DNA of 63,692 nucleotides, filler included, from Globobulimina sp. (GCA_003354225.1; 55 parts of 55 records of this genome joined end to end with filler, not necessarily neighbours in it); one strand, 5' to 3'. Numbered from the whole stretch's first letter, positions 23,236 to 34,712 are shown. The notes: a model not told the origin generated them from the letters alone. Program-made: numbers and translations.

Positions 23236-24147
23236 TTGTTTTATTTTTTTGCTCGCAGTTTGAAGAACGAAGTGCGTTCGTTTATTTATGAAGCAATGTT
23301 GATGGAAATATTATATTCAGCGCAGAATAAATCATACAAATCGTACGAGATTATTGCGCGGGTATTGGAGCAAGGCAGTACCAGACAGCCGGACATCACC
23401 GCCAATTTCATCATTCTTATCCTGGAAACAGTCCGCCATTACAAAAGTTCGCTGCCCAAACACAACAAAATGAGATTGTTGCCCTACCACTCTGTCATTC
23501 ATTTTTTTAAAAGCACCAAACAAAAATGTCAGCAAATTATTAAACGCAAAGACTTTGCTGATAAATATCTCAATTTGGTGCAGCAATTCAACAAAGAATT
23601 TGCAAATCAATTAGGTAACAACAGCAATGGCAAAGCGGTGAGCAATAAATTGCAAATCGAAGACAACTTTGCCAGTGCCATACATATCGAATCCAGCACG
23701 CAAAGCAATAACAACAAGATATTATTTCAAGTGCCAGATTTTAAAAAAGATATTGAAAATGTGGCTCAATGTATGGATAGAATGCAATGCGATGAGTATT
23801 GGTCGGTGTTTAGCAATAAATTAAAAGATTTGAAGCCAATATTAATGGATTATTATTGTATAAAATTGATTGAAATGCAAGATATCAAAACAGAGAAACA
23901 AAAACGAAGTGTATCATTGCGATTGAATGAATTATTAAAAAATATCGAAAAATATATCAACCAGTTATTAAAAAGCTATGCTGAGTATGTCAATGACAGC
24001 AATCAGCAGCAAAACATGGAGAAAAAGAAGCTGTTCATGGAGCGGTTTAGCAGTGCTTTTGTGGACATTTTTGCATTGGACTATCAACACTGTTTTGTAG
24101 CGCCGGATAGGATGTCTCCGCTAGTGTCACCCACGACAATAGTCTGA
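23236..24147 (+). CDS. Hypothetical helical protein (probable internal exon)
   Basis: 303-codon open frame with an acceptor-like tract (TTTTTTGCTCGCAG) near 23258. No motif recognised. Confidence 0.6.
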   Translation: MFYFFARSLKNEVRSFIYEAMLMEILYSAQNKSYKSYEIIARVLEQGSTRQPDITANFIILILETVRHYKSSLPKHNKMRLLPYHSVIHFFKSTKQKCQQIIKRKDFADKYLNLVQQFNKEFANQLGNNSNGKAVSNKLQIEDNFASAIHIESSTQSNNNKILFQVPDFKKDIENVAQCMDRMQCDEYWSVFSNKLKDLKPILMDYYCIKLIEMQDIKTEKQKRSVSLRLNELLKNIEKYINQLLKSYAEYVNDSNQQQNMEKKKLFMERFSSAFVDIFALDYQHCFVAPDRMSPLVSPTTIV

Positions 24148-24419
24148 GCAGGGTCGGCATCAATGGCATTCAATGCTCTGTTGATAACATATGGATCAGG
24201 CTTGACTGGCATTCCACGGTCAGTGCCGCAGACAGCATCGAGATGATCGCTCAGTCCTGTCCTGTCACAGACNNNNNNNNNNNNNNNNNNNNNNNNNNNN
24301 NNNNNNNNNNNNNNNNTTAATTAATTAANNNNNNNNNNNNNNNNNNNNNNNNNNNNNNNNNNNNNNNNNNNNCAACAAACATATAAATTTGTTATCAATT
24401 GAGTCATAAAAAAGATTTG

Positions 24420-25274
24420 TCACTGCGGAGTGGCACGAAAAGCACCGGTCGGATTATTATCCATTTCATCGGTCTGATTGTTAATATTCATTCCATTGAT
24501 TTGCCGGACTTTTCCTCTTTGCGTCCTCGATTTCCCTCTTTGCTGTATATTCATTTGCGCCCTTTGAAATTCCTCGATTTTGGCAAGAACCAAGTTTGTA
24601 ATCCTGGTCACCATCGAGGTCACAATGGTCTGTACGTCGAATCCGTACATATGTGCTTGATATCCGATGGTCAACACCAAGGCGCCAAACACAAACAAGA
24701 TCAGATACAATGGGTTGGTCAGCATGCTCCAGATCTCGTCCTTGGCGAAAAACAAAAATATTAACCACGTGACCGGATGAGTCGGGATCATGCCGCCGCC
24801 GATCATCTTGGACGTATCAATGCGGTCTTGGGCTCTGCCATATTCGTTGTCGGCAAAACGCAGGAAATCGGTGCGAATATCATCGATGGTGTCGGCCGAC
24901 AATAGTCGCAATTTGATCTCTTGAAGGCCCAACTCCTTGTTTTCAGACAACACGATCTGCTGCGTCAAGCTCAGTATGTCCAAACACTGTCGCTTCGCAT
25001 TTGTGAATATCTCGTCCAATTTGACACTCTCGTCCCAGCGCCGCGGGATGCCGCTGTCGTTTTTGTTGAAAATCTGATCAAAACGGTCTTGCAACACACC
25101 GTCCATTCGCGAACAATACTTCTTGCATCGATTCACGATCAACGTATCCGACGAGTCTTTCATGGCGCGGGTTTTCTCCCGTTTTGTCATGTCGTCATAC
25201 ATCAAATGGTTCAATTTGGTGATGATTTTCTCATTTAAAAAGCGGCCGTGATATTCAATTCGCAGCGATGACAC
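24420..25274 (-). CDS. SEY1: SEY1/RHD3 ER-fusion GTPase, C-terminal helical and TM-hairpin region
   Basis: DRFDQIFNKNDSGIPRRW and PVTWLIFLFFAKDEIWSMLTNPLYL match RHD3/Sey1 motifs FxxDxxGxPRxW and NExxxxLxNPLY. Confidence 0.88.
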   Translation of the reverse strand: MSSLRIEYHGRFLNEKIITKLNHLMYDDMTKREKTRAMKDSSDTLIVNRCKKYCSRMDGVLQDRFDQIFNKNDSGIPRRWDESVKLDEIFTNAKRQCLDILSLTQQIVLSENKELGLQEIKLRLLSADTIDDIRTDFLRFADNEYGRAQDRIDTSKMIGGGMIPTHPVTWLIFLFFAKDEIWSMLTNPLYLILFVFGALVLTIGYQAHMYGFDVQTIVTSMVTRITNLVLAKIEEFQRAQMNIQQRGKSRTQRGKVRQINGMNINNQTDEMDNNPTGAFRATPQ

Positions 25275-25532
25275 TTGATGCCATATTCTCGCTGTCGGCT
25301 TCCTTTGCGTGTTATTACAGAGCGAGTCACCTCAACATGCCATGATGCACAGTCAAGTCAGTAAGTAAAAAAAAAACTTACTTACTTACTTTCAATGGAA
25401 CCTACCTTAACAAGCGACCAATTTGCGCCAATNNNNNNNNNNNNNNNNNNNNNNNNNNNNNNNNNNNNNNNNNNNNTTAATTAATTAANNNNNNNNNNNN
25501 NNNNNNNNNNNNNNNNNNNNNNNNNNNNNNNN

Positions 25533-26438
25533 ATAGATATGTAAGAGGATTACTGCCAAATCAATCTTATTATTGGTTTTACCCACTCTTAACATAACAT
25601 CCTTGCCTTTCGTCTTTCCCTTGGAATTTCTCAATCTGACCCTAACATGATGCAGATCTTCATACGCAAGGGAAAAGGCATTATTTTGATAAATCGTATT
25701 AGTATCCTCATCCAACCAATAAAAGTCCAAGTCCGATAGATAAATACCATAACCAACATAAGCTTTATTGTTATTTTCATAACACTCTGCCCCTCTCAAT
25801 CCTAATACTCCCACAAATAAAATAGATATGGCAAACATGTACCAAAATAACCTCTTTTTATCTTGCCATATCTTCTTAAAAGACAGCCATTTCACCTTCA
25901 GTATCTTTTCATTATCTGTCAATATCAAACCATTGTATACTTTAAACGTCAGAATATATGTACACATTTGTAACAATATATCTGCTGTCACCGGTAAAGT
26001 GTCTGATCCTTTCCCCGGGTTTTTCTTTTTAACATATTTCGTTAATGCATATAACGCCGGATTATCCGACCACGATTGAAATTTTCCACATAACTGCGCA
26101 ACAAAATCAATCGATCGGTATTTTAACCTCATAGTCGACCAACAATTTACTTTCTTCTGCACCATACAACATTGAATCGTATATAATTGCAGATATGCAT
26201 CGGGGGTCGGGAACGTCCAAACTTCCTCATCCGTCAAACCAAAATTCCTCATCGTCTTCCAATAAAATAAAAAATTCTTCACATACGTCGATTCTGTGGA
26301 CTCCCTGACTCCACTATTTAGAGCCATAAATAATAGTTCTTTATAAATAGGATTTATTTTTGACCAAATTGGATGATCATACTGCCTGCCTCTAACTATA
26401 TAAAATGTATACAATAAATACAAAAACCAAACCACCAA
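25533..26438 (-). mobile_element. Tyrosine recombinase of DIRS-like retroelement type (3' truncated)
   Basis: GVRESTESTY (N-terminal helix), LPVT, LGLRGAEC (catalytic R) and VRLRNSKGKTKGKD (catalytic K region). Confidence 0.8.
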
Positions 26439-26709
26439 GAAAGTTGACGGTTTTTTGTTTTCTTACAGTAAACTAAAACAAATTCGTGCCCCCCTAAAAT
26501 ATACAAAACCATGACACCGACTGTCACCAACAATATATATATGATATAATATTGCTCAATGCTCTCATAGTCACTCTAAAGTCACTCCGATANNNNNNNN
26601 NNNNNNNNNNNNNNNNNNNNNNNNNNNNNNNNNNNNTTAATTAATTAANNNNNNNNNNNNNNNNNNNNNNNNNNNNNNNNNNNNNNNNNNNNTTAACGGA
26701 AAAGATGCG

Positions 26710-27732
26710 TTGATTAAAGAATATGAATCCAAAGCAAATGAGTTTGAAAATATAATGAATGAGATATTAAATGATAAGCAAAATAAGTCAAATTTTAAAG
26801 AAACGGAACATGATAAATTAAAACACAAAATGAATGAAGAAAATGTTAAATTATTACATCAAATTAAAGAATTAAAACAAAATATGGATAATAAAAACAA
26901 TGAAATTAAAGGGTTGCAGAATAGATTGGCATTAAAAGAAAATGCAAAACAAGATTGGCAAAGAATGATTGAAGAAAAAACAGCTAAATTAGAAGCGCGA
27001 GAAGCTGATTTAAAATCGAATCATGGCAAATTATTGGAATTACAAAAAAGTTTAGCTGATGAAAAGCAGAAATTACACAGAAAAGCGCAACAGAATAAAG
27101 ATCAACAAAATAAAACTAAACTTCTACATAAAGAGGAAAAAGAGGATATTGACGATATGGATTGTTCTGTTGTTGTCATTGTACATTATAATGCTCAAAA
27201 TACGGAATATAAATTGTTTGGGGACTGTGGCGATTGGAATAACGAGACATATGTAAGATTAATCAATATTGTTTGTAATAAATTTAAATTAGAAAAAGAG
27301 TCAATCAGTTTATACGATGATGATATGGTTGACATTGAGGATATGGATGATATTATATCAGCATTGAATTATAATGATGATAAATTACAGAAAAAATTAA
27401 ATATTTTTGTACAATACAATAAAATCAAAATAATGTTTGGAAAAAATAAATGTATTTTATGGAATGTATTAAAATCTACAAATGAAACAACAGAAGAATG
27501 GGATTCAAATTATAAGGCATTGTTATCGGAAATAAACAAACACTTTGGAATTGTAATAGATTTTGGTGAATACTTCTTGGAATATGATGGTGGAATGGAC
27601 ATTGAAGATGGTTCAGATTTAATGGATGAATGGAAAACGTTTTCAAATAACAGTGATCATTTTGATTTATTGTCATTGAAAATCGTTAGAAAATTGATTA
27701 CAAATAATCCGATGGATTACAAACAACTATAA
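26710..27732 (+). CDS. Coiled-coil protein with two C-terminal PB1/ubiquitin-like modules
   Basis: Heptad-rich N-half. ISLYDDDMVDIEDMDDI...LNIFV and FLEYDGGMDIEDGSDL...LSLKIV resemble acidic OPCA motifs. Confidence 0.65.
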   Translation: MIKEYESKANEFENIMNEILNDKQNKSNFKETEHDKLKHKMNEENVKLLHQIKELKQNMDNKNNEIKGLQNRLALKENAKQDWQRMIEEKTAKLEAREADLKSNHGKLLELQKSLADEKQKLHRKAQQNKDQQNKTKLLHKEEKEDIDDMDCSVVVIVHYNAQNTEYKLFGDCGDWNNETYVRLINIVCNKFKLEKESISLYDDDMVDIEDMDDIISALNYNDDKLQKKLNIFVQYNKIKIMFGKNKCILWNVLKSTNETTEEWDSNYKALLSEINKHFGIVIDFGEYFLEYDGGMDIEDGSDLMDEWKTFSNNSDHFDLLSLKIVRKLITNNPMDYKQL

Positions 27733-27852
27733 ATAATCCCCAATTCCCCATCNNNNNNNNNNNNNNNNNNNNNNNNNNNNNNNNNNNNNNNNNNNNTTAA
27801 TTAATTAANNNNNNNNNNNNNNNNNNNNNNNNNNNNNNNNNNNNNNNNNNNN

Positions 27853-28156
27853 TATTTGGGGCGAAAAGGCAACCTTTGCAATGTTTTGGGCTCCAGTACA
27901 TTTCGGTCATATTGGGTAGCAATTCGGAAAGTGTGTTAGAGTCCCATTTCGGCCAGCAATTGACACCGAAATATGCTTTTCGGTATTTTGGTCCGTTTCT
28001 TAAAAGTTTTTCGGCCATAACGGGCGGGAAAATTCGATCGTAAGGTGGGCCGAGAACCAATACCGTACCATATTGTTCTTGAAAACAACAGGTATCGATC
28101 AGTTGGTCACACGAATACGAAAAATGAACACACCATAACAATAATAAAATAATCAT
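27853..28156 (-). CDS. Small secreted Cys-containing hypothetical protein (3' truncated)
   Basis: Signal peptide MIILLLLWCVHFSYS followed by several Cys. Confidence 0.5.
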
Positions 28157-29012
28157 ATTCGACCTGATGTTGCTCAGTTTTAGCCTACAGAATGAAAGTT
28201 TTCCGAATATAGACAGACAGATATGGCCGGCCGGTCAGTTTTTGGCATGGTTTTTTGTATCGGTCACAGTTGGGAAGTTTGATTTAGTTTTTGTAATGAA
28301 CCAGTTAAATATTTTGTACTTATGCACACATAGCATCATTAACGCATCCATCTGTATATTATGCATCGGTTTATACAAAGTTTGATTATTATTATTATTA
28401 TTTCGTTTATTGTTGTTTTGACCAAATGTTGCGACAATACCAGAAAATTTTGTTGTTATTATTCGACCGATCGAACAGTGAAATGTCCAAGTATGTATGC
28501 AGAGTGTTCAAATTATTGCTTAGATTTCCGATTTTAGAAAAAAATCAATGTCACGTGGCCCGATTTTGAGCCAGACCAAAAAAACGGCAAAGAAGCCCTT
28601 GTTTTACGTTTTGGGCCGAAAAATTGCCGGCCAAATTTCAATGATAGTTTGGGAATGAGCCAAATGACCAAATTACAAAAAATCCAATTTGAAGGCTGTC
28701 ATCACGTCCCCTGTCCATCATTAAACTTGAACCTGATTATGCAGGGATGTCTGCTCATGTACGTGAGGAAAAAAGTACATTATCACGCATACATGATTTG
28801 TTTACAGGGACCCTCTGAGCAGTACGGCTGTCAATATGGAGTCTACAGTAATCCATCCGCCCACACCATACCCAGAGTACCCGAAATCGACCAAAAACGG
28901 CTGCAGTCTTTCNNNNNNNNNNNNNNNNNNNNNNNNNNNNNNNNNNNNNNNNNNNNTTAATTAATTAANNNNNNNNNNNNNNNNNNNNNNNNNNNNNNNN
29001 NNNNNNNNNNNN

Positions 29013-30048
29013 CCGCCACCGACGGGCTTTTAGTGGTCGACGTTGGCGAATTAAATACAGTGACCATTGAGGGGAACAATAATAATTTGCTCACTCCGTG
29101 ATAAAATACAGAAAGCTGCGAATGTTGCACCTCGGTACCAAACACATTTATAGCTTCGCATAACAATTTACTCAATGTCCTATATTCTCGATTTCTTTGT
29201 TTACACTCATAGCTTGATTCAGATTTATTTAACGATCTGAAAGTTTGACTAAATTGGAATTGTAAATCATCCAAATCGGTGTACAAACAAACTGCCATAA
29301 TATGTTGTAACGTGATCCTCTCTCCTTCGTTAATTTTATATTGATGATTCTTTTTGGATAATATGGTTCTGGCATAGTTTGAGCAGCATTTTTCTTTTGC
29401 TTTGTCATAAATATCATCAAATTGTTGTTTGTCAATTGTATGAATCGTATTATTGCATAGTTCAAATTTTAAATTGCCATATTTGGGGTGAACATAATTA
29501 GGATGAATTTGTTGCCAATAATTATATGCGTGTCCAAATGAATATGATTGATTTTGTAAAGACACACCTTCCGTTTCATCAGTTTGTTTGGCCAATTTTT
29601 TAAGCTTTTCCAAGGCTTTGGCACCAAAACCACCCAAACCACCAAAACTTATTCTACTTCGCGTTCGTTTGTGTTTTTTTGGTCTGACAGCTGTGTGTTT
29701 TTCTGATATCGATGTATGATTTGTGTCTTTGCTAACATCATAATGTTCTGTGAGCTTCGCAGTGATAGCAATATAATCCAAAGATTCCAGTTGATTTGCC
29801 TCCAAAACGTTAAATTGTGTCCATAGTTTTTGGATTTCTTTCAGAGTATGCTCCATATTGTTAAATCTTGCGGAAGATTTTTGTGCTTTAATTTCTGCCA
29901 AACACTCTAAGAGCCCATCCGTTTCTGCTGCCATCATAAAGAAATTATGTTTGATCTGCGATTCCTTCTCGTCATACTCAGACACTTCTATTTGCTGCTT
30001 CCTTTGAATTTGATTGTTTCGCCTAATTTTATCAGTATGTTTTTCCAA
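29013..30048 (-). CDS. ADP-ribosyltransferase-like domain protein (3' truncated)
   Basis: AVCLYT...LLCEAI...FYHGV...FNSPTSTTKSPSVA follows the ART pattern (LYT, YRG, STS-x-VA) with His in place of Arg. Confidence 0.65.
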
Positions 30049-30172
30049 ATGCTGTGAAAACTGAAACGAAGCNNNNNNNNNNNNNNNNNNNNNNNNNNNN
30101 NNNNNNNNNNNNNNNNTTAATTAATTAANNNNNNNNNNNNNNNNNNNNNNNNNNNNNNNNNNNNNNNNNNNN

Positions 30173-31232
30173 ACATATCCATTGCACACATTGGTGAAGT
30201 CCGCCAATATTCGTATTATCAGAGACATATTCTCAAATACACAAAATGTAATGACTGATGGATCTGGATATATCGCGGTCAATTTAGCCAAACAAATACC
30301 GTATGTTGCCGGTGGATGGCTGGTCAACTCACAGCAGCACGAATATCCTTTGCTGGTCCAATGCAGACTCATTTTTAATGGCGGTTTGGCCAAAGGAACG
30401 CTCATCGCACATCCCGACATTACTGACAATGAGATTCATTTACGAGACTCAATGGTGAAAATTCGAAATAATACACTAAGAAATATGGAATATGCAATGT
30501 TGGAAATAATTAATACATCGACAGTTGGCTCAGCTGCTACGTTAAACAGATCGCTTAATGTGATTTTATCAAAAATAACGGATGATATAAAGTACAGAGA
30601 GTACATCGATGGTTTATTGCAGCGTTATTTTGAATTTTTGCAAGAAATAACGCAAAATCCACGCGTTGCATTTCGAAAAGTAAGCAATTTATTAGCTACA
30701 TATCACAACAGTGACAATGATGACATTTGCAGTATTTACGACTATCGACAGGCATATCAATTGATATTAGAAATGATATTGGCCGGACAGAAGATGTCCG
30801 ATCCATTCATACAGCACCATTTGAAGAAGATTATCACCAATTCGTTTGATAAATTGTTGTATAAAAATAAGATTCCGGTGGAAAAAAGCAGATATTTGAC
30901 GGGGACCTACGACCCTTTGGACGTATTGAATGAAAATGAAGTATTTATTGTGTCAAATGTACAAATCACAGGCCAGGTATTAGTATCACGGCATCCTCTC
31001 GGCCATCCAGGCGATGTCAGAATATTTACTGCGGTGAATAACTCAGAGCTGCATAACTTCATTGGATACTACAGCCGGAACGCGAGCGGTGGCATCTTTT
31101 TCTCTGTTAAAGGCGAGAGAGCCGCGGCTGATCTGCTATCAAATGGTGATTACGATGGCGATCTGTATTGGGTTTGTTATGATAATGAATTAATAAAATT
31201 ATTTGACGGGAAACAGGCCATTGAAGCGGCAC
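30173..31232 (+). CDS. Eukaryotic RNAi RNA-dependent RNA polymerase, QDE-1/RDR-gamma-like; internal fragment
   Basis: TDGSGYI, QCR...AKGTL, SRHPLGHPGDVR and the catalytic LSNGDYDGDLYWV. Confidence 0.95.
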
Positions 31233-31332
31233 NNNNNNNNNNNNNNNNNNNNNNNNNNNNNNNNNNNNNNNNNNNNTTAATTAATTAANNNNNNNNNNNN
31301 NNNNNNNNNNNNNNNNNNNNNNNNNNNNNNNN

Positions 31333-31602
31333 CTTCGGAACACTTCCTTTCGTCCCATTGGCTACATATTTTCGGATTTGATGGCAATCTGTCATCACAA
31401 TAATATTTATACTGTCGTATTTGTTTAGGATTCCAACATCGCGATATCAGTCACATACATTTTAAAACATATCGAATTTGTACATGCAATATTCCTCAAT
31501 ATCACTTGTGTGCTGCCATCCGTATTAATGCGGTAAACATTAGATATTGGATTATATTTTGTTTTTGGGCGTTTCTATCATATTCAGCGTAACCGCCAAC
31601 AA
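31333..31602 (-). repeat. Imperfect inverted copy of SMP-30 coding sequence 31873-32163
   Basis: Reverse complement of the gene interior with a ~21-nt deletion, 1-nt indels and a few substitutions. Confidence 0.9.
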
Positions 31603-31604
31603 AT

Positions 31605-32392
31605 TTGCTGGGTTGGAATGACATTGATAATTCAAAATTTTGGGAACTTAATCCAGAAACAAAACAAACTCAATCATACACATTACCAGAACGACCGGGT
31701 GCATTTGCATTATGCCAAGAATCATCAACTTATTATCTATTTGCATTTGAAAATGGTCCGTCATTTTATAATATTAAAACAAATACAATATTGGGAAAAC
31801 GCATATTTTTGTTTGAACCACATTTAAAAACACGTTTAAACGATTGCCGGTGTGACAAAAATGGAAGATTTATTGTTGGCGGTTACGCTGAATATGATAG
31901 AAAACGCCCAAAAACAAAATATAATCCAATATCTAATGTTTACCGCATTAATCCGGATGGCAGCACACAAGTGATATTGAGGAATATTGCCTGTACAAAT
32001 TCGATATGTTTTAATAATGACAACGGCAAATATAAGATGTATGTGACTGATTCGCGATGTTGGAATCCTAAACAAATACGACAGTATAAATATTATTGTG
32101 ATGACAGATTGCCATCAAATCCGAAAATATTCAGCCAATGGGACGAAAGGAAGTGTTCCGAAGGTGGTGGTGTTGATGGATCCATTATTGATAATGATGG
32201 GTATTTATGGAATGCGGAGTTTAACGGCGGCAGAGTTGTTAGATATGACCAAAATGGTAAAATAAATATGATTGTAAATGTACCAGAACCATATGTGACA
32301 TGTTGTTGTTTTGGTGGCGAAGACTTGGATGTAATGTATATCACAACAGCTGGGAATAGATTGACAAATAAACAACAAAATACATTGAATGG
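31605..32392 (+). CDS. SMP-30/gluconolactonase/regucalcin family (partial)
   Basis: WNDI, RLNDCRCDKNGRF, ACTNSICF, MYVTDS, VDGSIIDNDGYLWNA and VTCCCFGGEDLDVMYITTA. Confidence 0.93.
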
Positions 32393-32492
32393 NNNNNNNN
32401 NNNNNNNNNNNNNNNNNNNNNNNNNNNNNNNNNNNNTTAATTAATTAANNNNNNNNNNNNNNNNNNNNNNNNNNNNNNNNNNNNNNNNNNNN

Positions 32493-32669
32493 GAAAAGTT
32501 AATGGAAGAATGTCAAACCAGAATGCAAGTTGTGTTGGAAAAGAAAAATGCACAAAATCACAGATTGAAGAGGTTGCTGGAAAAGACTGTCACTGAGTAT
32601 GAAAGGGAGAAGCAGCAAACACAGACCATGCTAAATCTACGAAATGAGCAATTAAAAGAATTGTTGTGA
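32493..32669 (+). CDS. Coiled-coil C-terminus of an unknown protein
   Basis: Manual translation EKLMEECQTRMQVVLEKK...NEQLKELL* (TGA at 32667-32669). Confidence 0.6.
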   Translation, partial: EKLMEECQTRMQVVLEKKNAQNHRLKRLLEKTVTEYEREKQQTQTMLNLRNEQLKELL

Positions 32670-32683
32670 TCACTTTTATTTAA

Positions 32684-33552
32684 TTACACAGTCAGATTCA
32701 TAATGATTTTAAAATACGCAGCATTCCGCTGAAAGAATGGACGCGTCCATCGATATGCTCTTTCAATCATCCTCATTGAATCCGCATTAATATACGCGCC
32801 ATACACATGCTTTGGAGATCTTATTTGTTTGTTCTGCGCTTTAATGAAATACTCAACGCTTTTTTTTCCGGTCTCGTTGGAATTACTCCCATCCAAAAGG
32901 CACTGCAGCATTTCATTCACTATCTCATAATTATAAACAAAGCAATTGAAATCTTTCCGAGTGACTACAGCGTGATATCCATCATCGAAATCCAGTTGTA
33001 ACCACTGTTCAAAATACTTTTTCTTTTCTTCGATACCAATGCGTGAGAGACATAAAATAAAATAATAGTCATACTGTGATGGAGTAAACATGACCAAATC
33101 AAATATCTTCAGATAATGCATCTGTTCGTCAGTTGACGGCGTAAATCGTTGCGTGTTGACGATAAATTGAAAAGTGTTCAAATAATCCATCAGTTCAGTT
33201 AGTTGTGCTTCATTTTCTACTTCCACTGAACTTGAATATGCAGCTAAAACCTTTCTGAAAGCTTGCTGATATTCCACTTTGTCATTGAGAGCGAATATTT
33301 GTTGAATCACGTCCGTCCATTCATATTTGATTGCAGCTAATAACAAAATATTGATACTCTCATCATCATAGAATGGAGCATCAGTTTTATTTTTGTGCAC
33401 TAACATTGCTTCTAAACAATGCATACAATCTCGCATTGCGGCACCTTTCTTGACTTTGATCATTTGTTGAATGAAATTATTCAAAATCACATGTTTCTCA
33501 ATGTGTGATTGGTTGCAATACGTTTTTTCTAATTTTCCATATTGGCTGAATT
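32684..33552 (-). CDS. Hypothetical protein (5' truncated), convergent with the previous ORF
   Basis: Intronless frame of at least 268 aa; no family recognised. Confidence 0.65.
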
Positions 33553-33652
33553 NNNNNNNNNNNNNNNNNNNNNNNNNNNNNNNNNNNNNNNNNNNNTTAA
33601 TTAATTAANNNNNNNNNNNNNNNNNNNNNNNNNNNNNNNNNNNNNNNNNNNN

Positions 33653-33911
33653 CTGTTGATAGTGTTGCAAATGATTTGTGTATTTTTGACAAATCAGAGG
33701 ATTTATCATGTGATGATCTGTGAATACAGAGATGTAATTTACATAATTCATATATGTTGTATATGGCGATGGTGATGCCGCTTAATACATTTACAAGTGC
33801 TATAATCAATGAATGTTTGATAGAGAATACAAAATTGTGAAATGTAGCTACTGCAAATATAATACCAATGATGAGGACAATACAACTATGAAACAAAGAT
33901 GATGCGTGCAT
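33653..33911 (-). CDS. Membrane protein N-terminus (2 TM; truncated)
   Basis: Two hydrophobic stretches after the ATG at 33911. Confidence 0.45.
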
Positions 33912-34076
33912 GTTGACTGAGGTTCTCTTGACTTAATTCTATTCAAACTATTTAATTCTAGTTCTGCCACATGGTCTCATGCGGTGGTTTGCAAAACAAA
34001 ACATTTTTAAGCTAAATAAATTGAAACAACATCTTTTGACTATCCTTGCACTATATCTGTTTGACAGAAATTAATT

Positions 34077-34712
34077 TCATTTCCATTGCTGTTCAACAAA
34101 CTTATCCAAGTCGTCAATTTTTATAGAAAACATTTCAGCGTCAATTTGTACAACCGACACAGTTGTATTTGCATCATATAAATTAAAATGTAATACCCAG
34201 CCTCCATCTGGTCTCTCCATATTGGACACATGATATTCTTTCTTATTATAACCAACAGCACACATTGTTAATTCATCATTATTCATATTGTTTGCATCAC
34301 ATTTTAGTAATATATCAATTTGAAATTTTTCCAGTACTGTCATTGAAAATTGATCCTGTTTTATGAGATGGCTCTTAATATACCGACCTCCCATTGCTTG
34401 AATTCCATAAACGGTATTCCCCTCAGACATTGCTGATGGACTGATAAATATTTTTAACGCAGATACACCCCAAAAAATCCAATGTTTGGCTGGATTGTTT
34501 ACATATATTCTCCAGCAATGCATGCCTGCTACAATTGGTTGCATATCACATAAAATCCAACCACGAGGATGTGCAACGCGCGCAATTTTATTTTCATTCT
34601 CCAATGAGATGAGTTTACTTTTATATTTGGCACTGAATGGCACAAATTCGAAAAAATGTATGAAATCTGCACACAGTTTAATAATACTACTTGGTACTGA
34701 TAAATTAATAAA
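34077..34712 (-). CDS. SPRY/B30.2-like beta-sandwich protein (5' truncated)
   Basis: GMHCWRI, WIFWGV, IDILL and GWVLHFNLY fit the SPRY-like strand pattern. Confidence 0.6.
   Translation of the reverse strand, partial: FINLSVPSSIIKLCADFIHFFEFVPFSAKYKSKLISLENENKIARVAHPRGWILCDMQPIVAGMHCWRIYVNNPAKHWIFWGVSALKIFISPSAMSEGNTVYGIQAMGGRYIKSHLIKQDQFSMTVLEKFQIDILLKCDANNMNNDELTMCAVGYNKKEYHVSNMERPDGGWVLHFNLYDANTTVSVVQIDAEMFSIKIDDLDKFVEQQWK

Noticed and set aside
30173..32392. RdRP next to a hairpin-forming inverted duplication, read as an RNAi locus
   Set aside because: They are on different contigs separated by a spacer; the order reflects length sorting only.
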